A stretch of 30,369 nt of DNA. Source: Octopus sinensis. Its lineage: Eukaryota. The notes under the pieces are model-generated. The model made no database searches. It was not told the DNA's origin and was given only the letters and a program-made list of their open reading frames with translations. Positions within the stretch are counted from its first letter, which is position 1, and every line of letters starts with the position of its first letter. Where the stretch lies: positions 1 through 30,369 of the forward strand of contig NW_021835837.1 of assembly GCF_006345805.1 (NCBI RefSeq), in the 5' to 3' direction. Positions 9,802 to 21,662 of this stretch are shown piece after piece. The translations under genes and the position numbers were made by a program.

Positions 9802-10265
9802 CTAGAGAGCAGTGCATGCCATCAAAGTGACACTAGGGTAAAATATACGAAGCCCAGAATACCCATCATGACTACCCGTCTGATTAGGGTACACCAGGCA
9901 CATGCGTCACAACCATAAGTGCGAAACATGATGATCTCATATAAAAAGCACATGACCTTCTATGTGGGGCCCAGTTAGAATTTTCTTCTGGTCGAGTAAC
10001 AGATCCTGCTCAAAAGGTCCCTGAGTAAGGGTTGTTTAAGGATTTTGAACGAAACACCCATGTTTCCAGAGGTGAATTATTCAAACCCCAAAGAATCCCT
10101 CTTAACACATTGCTATGATACTCCCCCACTACTTCTGCTTGCGATCAGAGATGCACATATCTTCAGCCACTAAGGGACATGCTCAACTGGTTAACGTCGA
10201 GCAACTGACAAGCAAATCTGTGGTATTGAGCAGAATATTTGCTGGAGCCCATCCTCTATACCAAG
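9801..10265 (-). mobile_element. Non-coding interspersed repeat with an (AAT)n tail, inserted in the AAT tract (retroposon 3' part, class uncertain)
   Basis: Present only in copy 2, inside a tract that is empty in copies 1 and 3. Minus-strand end CATGCACTGCTCTCTAG runs into (AAT)n. Resembles from memory an abundant octopus repeat. Confidence 0.6.
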
Positions 10266-10362
10266 ACGATGGCCTACATCTTCGTTCAACATCCTTCAAC
10301 AACCCTTACTATTATTATTATTATTATATTATTAATATTATTATTGTTATTATTATTATTAA

Positions 10363-10405
<43 letters not shown>

Positions 10406-10410
10406 GTTAT

Positions 10411-11727
10411 TTGCCAATAGGGCCGGCATATCGGAGAAGATAGAGTAGAAAAGGCGGTGAGAGCTGGCAGAATCTTTATTACGTCGGGCGAAATGCTAAG
10501 CGGTATTTCTTCTGCCGTTACCTTCTGAGTTCAAATTCCCCCGAGGTCGACTTTGCCTTTCATCCTTTCGGGGTTGATTAAAGAAGTACCAGTTACGCAC
10601 TGTGGTCGATATAATCGACTTAATCCGTTTGTCTGTCCTTGTTTGTCCTCTCTGTGTTTAGCCCTTGGTGGTAGTAAAGAAACAGGATACAGTAGACATG
10701 GACACTGGAGATTTAACGCTGAGACAACGAGTACACAGTTAAAAGAATAACAATGATATCTGACGAAAGAATATAACAATGAAATTTTGTAATAGGTGCA
10801 GGTAATCCCCTGGAGTTGGCTCAGGTACCCACACCCCAATCCTGAACCACTCTACGCTTCGAGAGCATCTGGGAAGGGCACTCTCCTCCCTCTCAAATTC
10901 ACTAGCCCACAGGTACGTTACTAGAGTACGTCCACTCACACGTACCATTTTCTCTGTTCATCCACCTTTTGGCAAATGTACTGGGAGGCAGCACTTCACT
11001 CTGCACTCTCATCTTCCTTTCCAAAGGAAATTTAAAAAATATGACCCGTGATTGGCCGTAGAGAAAACTCTCTGCCTTTAGTCAGTTTAACCTGGTCCAC
11101 AATACAGCCTCTTTCGCTACTGCTATTAGACAGAAGTTAATTGCCTGACCTTCCAGACTGATGGAAAGTGGCTGATCGATCTTCACACGGACTCGGCCGA
11201 TCGATAGATAGAAACTCCCTAAACTTAATAACAGCTTTTCAACTAACTCCACAAGTCAGTAATGCAAGACACTGACGAGTGCGTGCAGAACGCTTTCATC
11301 GCTCTGCGCATACTCGGGTAGGTCGGTCAGACAGCAATCCGTGCTTGTAGAGTTTATCTCGATCCGGCAGTGCCCCCCGATAGCACTGCAAAGCAAGGGA
11401 CTTCTAGAAGTTATCCATTATCCCCGTCTTGAAAGTCCTCCTCAACAGACTGGTTAGTTCAATTTTGTCAACGCCTAGCGTCTCTCCAAGTGCTTCATCG
11501 CACTTTCCCTCCACTAACCCTCCATAGAACTTCAGAGTGGATTTTCCACTGATCGCATTGCCCACCTGGTAGAGGACAGTGAGTGCCTAGCAACATTCCA
11601 GATGCCAGTAACCCTTCCTCGGTCTCTTCTTGACCCACGACTGCAGCTTACTCAAGGAGATGAGATGTTGAAAAGCATGTTTGACAAACGATGACCACAC
11701 CTGTTCACCGTTTACGCAGAATGTTCC
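10411..11727 (-). mobile_element. Tx1/L1 family A remnant, copy 2
   Basis: Colinear with 524-1857, with an about 50-nt deletion near the 5' end. Confidence 0.85.
10453..10684 (+). mobile_element. tRNA-derived SINE (family 1), copy 2
   Basis: GGCGGTGAGAGCTGGCAGAATC head, GAGTTCAAATTCC B-box and the same tail. Confidence 0.85.
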
Positions 11728-11885
11728 GGAAATCGGAAAGCGAAAGCACAAAAACGAAAATGGGAAAAGGGAAAAGTAAAAACAGCATTTAAGAGTTCTC
11801 CTCGTTAGACCTTGAATTATAAGGCTAAAAAGATATCAAAATTTAATCAAGAATAGACGGAATTTTTCAGTTTTTCAAAATATAT

Positions 11886-12150
11886 TTATACTTGACAACG
11901 ACTGAAAATTCCCGACTTAGAGTCCAATAGAGAATTAAGCATCTTAGATCTGAACAGGATATGCACTCTTTCAGCTAAACAAAGCATATATTTATTCGAT
12001 CCATTCACATAAGTTATGGATTCTCAATTACTTCCCATCCAGTCACATGTGGTGTTTCGTTTTCTTCCAAACTTAGCCACTTTCGTAGCTTTACTTTTGG
12101 CCTATGTCGGAAGGGGATTATGTGATTGGCATAACGACTTTAAAATTCAC
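11886..12150 (-). mobile_element. Penelope-like GIY-YIG remnant P1, copy 2
   Basis: GEF.SRYANHIIPFRHRP...YVNGSNKYMLCLAERVHILFRSKMLNSLLDSKSGIFSRCQ. Confidence 0.75.
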
Positions 12151-13269
12151 CTTAAATAAGCAAAAGATTAAAAGAATAAAAGATTGTGTGTGTGGTGTGT
12201 ACATGCATACAAAAATACACCCACATACGCACAGATATGTACATAAGCGCACACACATATAGGCGTATGGATTATTGTTTCGGTAAGTTGTGTCCACGAG
12301 AAAGACACTTCCAGTGCTCTCATCTGAAAAGCACCAGCATTAACCAGGGGTTAACATTGCGACAGACTGGTATCCTGTGTGTTGTATCCTTGTGTGTTGA
12401 AATACGTTCGATACCGAGATATACTGGGGGCCTAATGAGCCTGTAGATCAGGCAGAGAATTTAGCTTAGAAAATACTTTAATGTAGACATTTAGGCATGC
12501 GCAGTCAAGTGTTTGTGTAACGTTTATGGAGGAAAAGTCGATATGAATATGACAAAAAAAGAAACACCGTATTTTCCGGTGTATAAGCCGCTATTTTTTA
12601 CCTGGGAAATTTAGTGTGCCGCTTAGAGAAAGGTGCGCCTAATGTGTGTAACTTTTTTTTAGTTCCAGGAGGAAAATAATTTGTGTATGGAGATCGAATG
12701 ATTCCACTGATTTTTTTGGAGGAAGGTCGGTCGATGAAAGACTATTGCTACAGGACATTTGTGCCTGGAAGAAAACAAAGCACATTTGTTTTGTTTTAAC
12801 TTCATGTTTTGATAATGTTTTTTTTTATCCAATAAAGAATTTAATATTGACGGAAGGTGTTTGTTGCTGATTATAGTAAGATAAAATAAAAAAAATCAAC
12901 AATACATCTCAAAGTTGAAGAATAAAACATTTTGAAAATACATACACATCAACAACAACAAAGCTAGCAGCGGTCACGTGGTTCCATAAGTCTTTATAAA
13001 ACACCGGTAGGCTTTATGTGTGGATAAAAACCAAAATTTTCCCCAAAATCCCAAGCTAACTTCACAATACAATAATACAAACTTAATAAGCCACCTCATT
13101 TGTATAATACTAATCTTAAGCCAACATTCTACAACCCTGTCTACGAGACGACAAATATTAGTTCCATTACAACCTCTCAATCCGATACTAATATAATCAT
13201 AATTTAGATTCTCCCCACTAACAACAAACCAACCAACATCAACATTACTAATAGTAAACCCCAACCACT

Positions 13270-13687
13270 TGCAACTGTCGCGCTTCTGAAATATATGGTA
13301 TGCAGACACCTGTGTCCTCAAAAGCGTAATCTATAAGTGCCACGTGATTACCACATGCACCCACCAGGCAAGGGTGTATATTTATGGCACTGAGGATTTT
13401 CAATGTCGTTGTCGTGCTCATATGTATTCTTTCACTAATCCCAAATCTAAACTATTTCAATCTTTAGCAACACACATATACAACCTCAATTCAAAACAAT
13501 GTCCAATACGCTCTATCGTGGTCCATAGTATGTGAAGCTTTCCTATACAACACAAATATAGGTAAATGTATGTTATGTATAAAAGGGTCATTAACTATTC
13601 TTCGCCTCCACAAATCCTCACTGTTAAATTCTCTGACGTTATTTTTTATCGTAAGCATAAATACTGCCCGACATTCATGCACTTCCC
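13270..13687 (+). mobile_element. Penelope-like GIY-YIG remnant P2, copy 2
   Basis: ORF 13344-13535 reads ARVYIYGTEDFQCRCRAHMYSFTNPKSKLFQSLATHIYNL, with a YIG-like motif and catalytic Arg-like position. Confidence 0.78.
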
Positions 13688-13789
13688 TAATTCAAATAAA
13701 TCAAGCTGTAATGTAAAACAAGTGTCAACCTGACAATCGACAAGTGAACACATTCCAAATAGCTAATATGTGTGGTGTGTGTCTATGTA

Positions 13790-13898
<109 letters not shown>

Positions 13899-14928
13899 GA
13901 GAGAGAGAGAGATAAGCATATGCAATACATATGAAATATCCAAAATTGCATTTACAAATACATAATATATACATACAAGCTCTTACATACATACATGCAA
14001 ACACACACACATATACGCACAATATATATACATATAAACTCCTACATTAATACACAGTATTAAAAACATTAAGTAGTCAGCATATATATAGATACCTACA
14101 GAAATATAAATATATATAACACGCATCCCAAATTTATTCCAAGTATTATGATCAATCGATTTTTCATCCTCCTCTCAGCCTCATAAATCTCTCCAACACA
14201 CATCACAAATTTCTTCAAATTTTTGCTTTTCAACCGTCTCTACTCTCATCTGACCCTTCTCGGCTTCAAACAATAATTAACAAAAGTCAAATACTAAGAA
14301 AAATACCGACCCGATTTTTTGTACTACTAACATTCTTAACCACTCCCTCGAACCTGAAATGTGTTCTTAAAAAAGTGTACAAGCTAGAAGGGGATACTCC
14401 CTAAACATTCAGATGAATTACTTAATTATTCACATCGTTTACAATTAATCATACGTTATCTTCTAGCTTTGAGATTTTGATTATGTGATTGCTTACTTTT
14501 AGAATAACTTTGCATGGTGATTGTGAAAGGGCTGATCTGTTCAGTTTCCACAGAAAACAGGAAGAATATTTGGGCCCGACGTGGCCAGTGCCAATGCTAA
14601 TGGGTTAACTGAAAATTACTGAAGTAAAAATAAAAGCATAAAAAAACATTTTAGGTAATTTGGGGACACAAATTTATGAAGTCTTAAGGGTGGAGAACCT
14701 TTTTATCCCATCCTTAATGCCGTTGAGGAGACTGGACAATGGCCAATAGAAGGCCGATATAATATAATGAAAATCGTAACTTACCAATAAAGTGCTGTTA
14801 GTCTCTGTTCGTAAGAGGTAGTGAATGTTTATATATATCTATATATATATATATGTGCGCATATATATATATTGCATCATATGTTTATTTACCATACATT
14901 TTTTCATTGAAGTAGCACACAATTATGC

Positions 14929-14962
<34 letters not shown>

Positions 14963-15535
14963 TTGTGTGTGTGTAAATATAGATTGGCGTCTTTATTTCT
15001 CATTATATGAATCCGATATGAAAAGTTTGCGTCAGCAGTCAAATATGGGCGTTGATAGTGGAAGAGAGTAAATGAGAGAGGGGAAAGAAAGTGATAGAAA
15101 GAGAGAGAGAGGGAGGGAGAAAGAAGAAAAAGAGGGTTTTGTGTGTGTGTGTGTGTGTGTGTTTGTGTGATGCTATTAGCTACATAACCATGTACTAAGG
15201 ATTTGGTGAGATTGATACATTTTAATTCCCTTCACTTACTCAGTATACCGTCCTTCTTCCCCGACATTAGCATTCCAGCAGAAATGGAGAAATGAAAATT
15301 ATGTCACTGTCTGGTGTTGCATGTGTGTATGTATGTGTGTGTGTGTATATGCGTCACTGCATGAGACTGTTTACATCCGCGTAACTGAAATTAACTTGAA
15401 ATAATCTAAGTACTATTTTACAAATTGTGATATCTGTGTGTGTGTGTGTGTGTGTATATATGTATATATATATATATATATATAAACACGCACACACAGT
15501 TATCAGAATTATATAAACGTATATATTCATGTATT

Positions 15536-15571
<36 letters not shown>

Positions 15572-15747
15572 TAGGTGAATGAATTATCCTAGCATGGAAA
15601 ATTCGTTTAACCGATACCTGGGTAGCAAATTCACGTCGGAAAACACAGTTGAAGTGACCTGTCAAGGGTAGAAACTCCGGGTTCTTTTGTGCAAATTTGT
15701 GTTATTTATATGAATAAATGAAAGAATGGAGTCGAATGAGGTTTTTA

Positions 15748-15830
15748 CTCTCGACACATGTTTCGAAGACGGCATAATTTTAATTCCGAAGGAATAAATG
15801 GTGCATTATGCCATCTTCTCATCAGGAAAG
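15748..15830 (-). ncRNA. Minimal type I hammerhead ribozyme
   Basis: Minus strand reads CTTTC-CTGATGA-GAAGATGGCATAAT-(26-nt loop)-ATTATGCCGTCTTC-GAAA-C-ATGT-G-TC-GAGAG. It has an exact catalytic core, 14-bp stem II, 2-bp stem III with tetraloop, GUC cleavage triplet and 5-bp stem I. Confidence 0.85.
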
Positions 15831-16196
15831 ATTAAGAGCCTCTTTCAGCCACAAGACGAACAAAATTTTTGATGATTGCCTACATGGTGACCACAGTGAC
15901 AATGAGTGTTTTTTTTTAAATAATCCGTTATAAGCAATGACTTCAGAAATGGGTAGAAGGAGGGAGTAGTAAAAATAGGTAGGGGACAATATGTATGCTG
16001 TATGTATGATGATGTGCGGGTGTGTGCTTGTGTTAATGATTCTGAGTGATTGTGTATGTGTATGAGTGTGTATATAACTGCATTTGTGTCTGTGTGTGTA
16101 TGTGTTATTGTGTGTGTGAGGTAGACAAACGTGAAATACACTTAGTAGTAAGGTGTTAAATTTGTGTCTGTGTGTTTGATCGTGCGTGTTATAGAG

Positions 16197-16233
<37 letters not shown>

Positions 16234-16991
16234 CGTCAAAGAAATTTAGTAGCTATGGAACATAAAATCGTTTAAAGGCGACATTAACCGGAAATTATTA
16301 AAATATTGTTATACGATCAGACGATAGATTTTTCATCTGTTAGAATCATCTCACTTTTGCTCGATAACTATTGATCATCGATCTCTTCCCAAATACAACG
16401 TCTAAAGTCAACATTAAAATGAAGTACATTTCTAAATTCTTTGTTAGACCCTCCAGTGTTCACATTGTCATCCACCATTCTCTTCCTGAAGAATCTCTGA
16501 AGCTTAAGCTGGATGTGCTAGAAATAGCAGCCAAATATTTCCTCTGAGCAGACGATAGATTCATTTAACGATAGTGTCACTTCAGAAAATCAAGTTATCA
16601 ATAACGATAATGATTTAAATGGTATATATAATGATTGACATGGAAGCAAACGATACAAATTCATTTAACAATAGTTCGTTTCAGAAAATTACGTTTGTGA
16701 AATAAAGTATATGATAGAGAAATTATAACAATTCTGAAGAGGAATTAAAGGTTTTAGCAGCTTTAAAGTTATGGGAAAGGAATTTTCGTTATCAAAGTAA
16801 CAATATTTTATACGAAAGAAGGATGACAGGCGAGGATTTTGTGGTGTGAAGGGTCTTCAAGTGTATACGTCCTGGTATGTGTGTGTGTGGGGGGGGAGTG
16901 TGTGTGTGTGTGTTTGTGCCTGTGTGTGTGTTATGCACTGAGATATATAACGATTATAATAATGGACACAATTATATTCCAAACTTCTATA

Positions 16992-17395
16992 GGCGCGGGA
17001 GTGGCTGTGTGGTAAGTAGCTTGCTTACCAACCACATTGTTCCGGGTTCAGTCCCACTGCGTGGCACTTTGGGCGAGCGTCTTCTACTATAGCCTCGGGC
17101 CGATTAAAGATTTGTGAGTGGATTTAGTAGACGGAAACTGAAAGAAGCCCGTTGTATATATGCATATATATATTTCTATGTGTGTGTTTGTGTGTCAGTG
17201 TTTGTCCCCCCCCAACATCGCTTGACAACCGATGCTGGTGTGATTATGTCCCTGTAAGTTAGCGGTTCGGCAAAAGAGACCGATAGAAGAAGTACTAGGC
17301 TTACATGAATAAGTCCTTGGGTCGATTTACTCGACAAAAGCGGTGCTCCATCACGGCCACATTAAAATCACTGAAACAAGTAAAAGAGTAAAAAA
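16992..17395 (+). mobile_element. tRNA-derived SINE (family 2), full length
   Basis: A-box TGGCTGTGTGG (17002-17012), B-box GGTTCAGTCCC (17045-17055), internal (AT)/(GT) linker and tail ending GAAACAAGTAAAAGAGTAAA. Confidence 0.88.
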
Positions 17396-17788
17396 GAGAG
17401 AGAGAGAGCTCATCTGTACCCAACATTCAATAGTTGATGTCCTATTTTCATAGGAAGTGAGGAAGAGGGAGAGGAAAACATGTAGGGGCCTCTAAACTGT
17501 TTAACGTATTTGTATCTGAGAAAGTCTCCAGTATTCTTGATGCCTTCTGCAAAAAGTGAAAGATAAAAAAGGAAATTGAAAGAAAAGCTAATTGTCTTCC
17601 AGTATCTGTGTGTGTGTCTGTGTGCGTGTGTGTGTGTGTCTGTGTGTGTTTGTGTGTGATGCAATGAGATACATAACCATATCTATGAGTTTCTTTAATA
17701 TAAAACTGAAGTGAATATTTATGATAATATTAAATGATAATATTAAATGACATAATTTCATTGTGAAGGAGGTTTAATCTTTAATGTT

Positions 17789-18820
17789 TTCCGTCTCGTC
17801 CACCACACTACTTGTTTAGCCACCGGGCAGAAGAAACTGCTTTTCCTTCCCGGCCTAAAGAAGGTTGCGGGGCGATTTTACAATGAACTCGGCTCGTAAA
17901 CTGGATGGACGAGTGCATGCAGGACTATTTCATCGCCCTGCGCACACCCCCGACATATCCGTCTGACAACACTTTCGTATCTGCAGAGCTTGTCTTGAAT
18001 CGGCAGAGCTCCGCGGTAGCACTGCTAGGCCAGGGATTTCTGGAAGTTAAGGACCAATAGTGATTTCCCTCCACCAACGCCCAGAATTTACCCCGATTTC
18101 GTCGTTGTTCTTTCCCCTCTACTAATCCCCTATAGAAATCCAAGGTGGAACTATCACGCCCGCGTTGCCCGACAGGCAGAAAGCGTGAGAGCTTGCCGAC
18201 ACTCCAGGTGCCAAGCGACCTTTCTTGGCCAACGCTTGACTCAGTACTGTAGCTTCTTCAGTGAGACGAGCCGCAGAATGTCCCGTTTGACAAACAGTCA
18301 ATCCCCTATTCTCACCGCTAAAGAACGCAGTCTCAGCGCATGTCTGCGAATCATTAGCAACGGCATGTCCAGTACTCCACTGAGAGGTTGTTGAAGAAGA
18401 TGGACCGTCTGATGAGCGGAACCGTCCCTTCTTTAGAAAGAGGAATAACAAACGCTCTAACTTTATCGGCATGGGACTACATTCAGGCAGTCATAGATGA
18501 CGGAAGCGATGTACGCATTCGCCGCCTCGACTCGACCCTTCACGAACAGCTTCCTCTCGCCCAACTTCTGGTGAGATCGACTATCCTGTTCGTCACCTTC
18601 CACCCGTTGTTGTCCACCCCGAGGTCAAGAGCAAACCAGACCCCAAGCAGTTTAACCGTCTTTCCGTCTAGCGCCCTACAAACTGTCGGTTGGTATGGGT
18701 CTGCCTCTCCACCTGCCGATTTGCAGGCCCACCGACTTCTCTTGGACAAGCTTTGCTCCTATCAACGCTTCGTGGACAGTATTATGATGACACAGTCCGT
18801 GTTAGCTGATACGAACATTC
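17789..18820 (-). mobile_element. Tx1/L1-clade ORF2 fragment (family C), truncated at both ends
   Basis: KLLGVWFALDLGVDNNGWKVTNRIVDLT, IKLERLLFLFL.KG, DFYRGLVEG, DNFQKSLA..CYRGALPIQDKLCRYES-like segment and a decayed Cys/His motif. Confidence 0.85.
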
Positions 18821-18862
18821 CACATCCTAAGACACACATATATACATATATATATATGTATG

Positions 18863-18913
<51 letters not shown>

Positions 18914-19045
18914 TTAGCGGTTCGGCAAAATGGACCGATAGAATAAGTACTGGGCTTACAAATAATAAGTCCCGGGGTCGATTTGCTCCACTAAAGGCGG
19001 TGCTCCAGCATGGCCGCAATCAAATGACTGAAACAAGTAAAATAG
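18914..19045 (+). mobile_element. SINE family 2, 3' tail only, within (AT)n
   Basis: TTAGCGGTTCGGCAAAA..GACCGATAGAATAAGTACT..GGGTCGATTTG..GGCGGTGCTCCAGCATGGCCG matches about 17260-17385. Found only in this module. Confidence 0.85.
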
Positions 19046-19442
19046 TTAAAGTGTTTTTTTATATATATATATATATATGGCATCTGTATTTCTAATTATA
19101 TTTTTTCGGTTTGAAAAGTTTCAGTCAGCAGATTATGATGATTGGCGGTGGAAGTGGAAGAGTTAAAATGAGAGAGTGGGGAGAGGGAGTGATAGAAGAG
19201 AGAGAGGGGAAAGAAGAAGAGAGAGTTGATGTGTACGATTTTGAGTGTGCGTGTGTGTTCTGTGTGTATTGCAATTAGATACACAACCCTGCCTAAGCTA
19301 ATATGAAACTGAAGGGAATATCACATTAACGATTGCATTAAATGACATAATTTTATTGTAAAGAAGTGAGTGAAAAGTTTAGCCGGAAAAAAATTCCAAT
19401 AATAATAATTATAATATCTATAATAATATAATAATAATAATA

Positions 19443-19484
<42 letters not shown>

Positions 19485-19558
19485 GTAATAATAATAATAA
19501 TTATAATAATATAATAATAGTAATAATATAATAATACTATTAAAATAATAATAATAAT

Positions 19559-19591
<33 letters not shown>

Positions 19592-19663
19592 CTAATAATA
19601 ATAATATAATATTATAATAATAATGATTGTATAATGACTAATAATAATAATAATAATAATAAT

Positions 19664-20720
19664 ATCTACTTCAGAAGGAAGGAAAACTGATCCAGATAGC
19701 GGCAAAACACGAGCAAACCAAAAAACTGTTCTCAGTATTTAGGAAGCTGACAAATACAAACAGGAAATCAACCACCTAATAAACATGAAGAAGAAGAAGA
19801 TGAAGAACAACAATAGCTATAAAACAAATGAAATCCAAACTAAAAATAGAACAGCAACGAACCATGATAAAACGATGGCAAGAAAAGCCCCTCATGGTAA
19901 ATACTGCACTAAACTAAACGCAAAGAAATAGACAAAGAAAAAATCCCAGCATGGTTGAGAGCTCAGACTCAAAGCAAGAAACGAGGGATTTTTAATTGCA
20001 GCACAAGACCAAAGCCTCCCCACCTCCTTACCAAAAACATATAATGAAAAGAAATATTACAAGTAACTGCAGAATATGTGGAGATGACAAGAAACAATAT
20101 CATATTAATCTCTAGCTGTCCAGTCCTGGCTAAGAAGGAATATATTCACAGACATGACAGAGTTGGAACCTACATCATTGGAAGCTTGCCAACATTATGG
20201 AATAACAACAGAAAAAAGATGGTATAGGCACACACAGAAAAGGTCACAGAAAACGAGAAAGCACCATACTCTGGATATGCCGATACACCCATATAGAGAA
20301 ATTAAGGCCAACAGACCAGATATAGTTGTCAGAGATCATGAAGTAAAATGCTTTCTGATTGATTATCAATACCGGCAGATGACAACGTGTCTCTAAAAGA
20401 AATGGAGAAACTTTCAAAATACAAGACCTGAAATAGAGTAACTAGAATGTGGAATCTGAAACAGAAACAATTCTATCATAGTAGGTGCATTAGGCATGAT
20501 AAAAAAATATTCGACAAATACAATAACAAAAACACCAGGACTTACAAACATATAACATACAGAAAATTGCACTACTAGGCACTGCCCACATCCTACGCAG
20601 AACACTTTCCATACAATAACCATCAGAGCATCACAACAAATCACAGCACATACCCAAGGCACACAGAGCTGCGCTCGGTAGTGAAGTGGAAAGCACGATA
20701 TAAAAATAAAACACTGATTA
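19664..20720 (+). mobile_element. R4/Dong-clade non-LTR retrotransposon, 5'-truncated, with REL endonuclease
   Basis: Frameshifted translation gives EGFLIAAQDQSL, CCHC knuckle CRICGD..ETI.HI.SSCPVLAKKEYIHRHDRVG, REL motif IKANRPDIVVRDHE..CFLID and KYKDLEIE...GALG..IALLGTAHILRRTLSIQ* (stop about 20619). The 3' UTR runs into (TAA)n, with (TAA)n on both flanks. Confidence 0.9.
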
Positions 20721-20754
20721 AAATAATATAATATATATAATAGAATAATAATAA

Positions 20755-20795
<41 letters not shown>

Positions 20796-20910
20796 GTATT
20801 ATATATTATTATTATTATTACTATTATATTAATATTAGTATTATTATCATTATCATCATATTATTATTATATTATTATTTTATTATATTATTATTATTAT
20901 TATTATTATC

Positions 20911-21123
20911 CAGAATCTTCAGGACGTCGGCGAATGCTTAGTCGTATTTTTCTTCTGCCGTTACCTTCTGAGTTCAAATTCCTCCGAGGTCGACTTTGCC
21001 TTTCATCCTTTCGGGGTCGATTAAAGAAGTACCAGTTACGCACTGTGGTCGATATAATCACTTAATCCGTTTGTCTGTCCTGGTTTGTCCTCTCTGTTTT
21101 ACCCCCTGTGGTAGTAAGAAACA
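20911..21123 (+). mobile_element. tRNA-derived SINE (family 1), 5' end deleted
   Basis: Starts at CAGAATCTTCAG directly after (ATT)n. B-box and tail intact. Confidence 0.85.
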
Positions 21124-21662
21124 GGATACAGTGACATGGACAGTGGAGATTTAACGCTGAGACAACGAGTACACGTTAAAAGAATAACAATGATATCCGA
21201 CCAAAAGAATATAACAATGAAAGTTCGTAATAGGTGCAGGAAAATCCCCTGGAGTTGGATCAGGTACCCACACCCCAATCCTGAACACTCGACGCTTCGA
21301 GGGCATCTGGGAAGAGCACTCTCCTCCCTCTCAAATTCATTAGCCCACAGGTGCTTATTAGTGTAGGTCCACTCACACGTACCATTTTCGCTCTTCATCC
21401 ACCTTTTGGCAAACGTACTGGGAGGCGGCACTTCACTCTGCACTCCTCATCTTCCTTTTCCAAAGGAAATTTGAGAAAGTTGACGAGTGATTGGCCGTAG
21501 AGAAAAGTCTCTGCCTTTAGTCCTTTTAACCTGATCCACAATACAGCCTCTTTCGCTACTGTTATAAGAATCGAAGTAAATTGTGTCACCTTCCGGAATG
21601 ATGGAAAGCGGCTGAGCGATCTTCACTACGGACTCGGCCGATAGATAGAACAACCCTACACG
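21124..21662 (-). mobile_element. Tx1/L1 family A 3' fragment
   Basis: ORFs 21099-21443 and 21395-21589 read AKEAVLWIRLKGLKAETFLYGQSLVNF and QSEVPPPSTFAKRW. Confidence 0.85.

Larger units (their letters stand above)
18481..21662 (+). repeat. Partial unit (about 3.2-kb module) lying in tandem before copy 3
   Basis: Order L1-C RT fragment, (AT)n, segment A, (AAT)n, SINE1, L1-A 3' part matches the start of copies 2 and 3. It ends at a junction at 21661-21662. Confidence 0.85.

Noticed and set aside
16485-16530. CTGAAGA and CTGACGA heptamers (16484, 16733, 10759, 8255) as further hammerheads
   Set aside because: No stem II followed by GAAA and NUH could be built around them.
16992-17070. Possible tRNA genes at SINE heads (also 567-655)
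   Set aside because: A and B boxes are present but I could not build a cloverleaf, and they continue into SINE body and tail.
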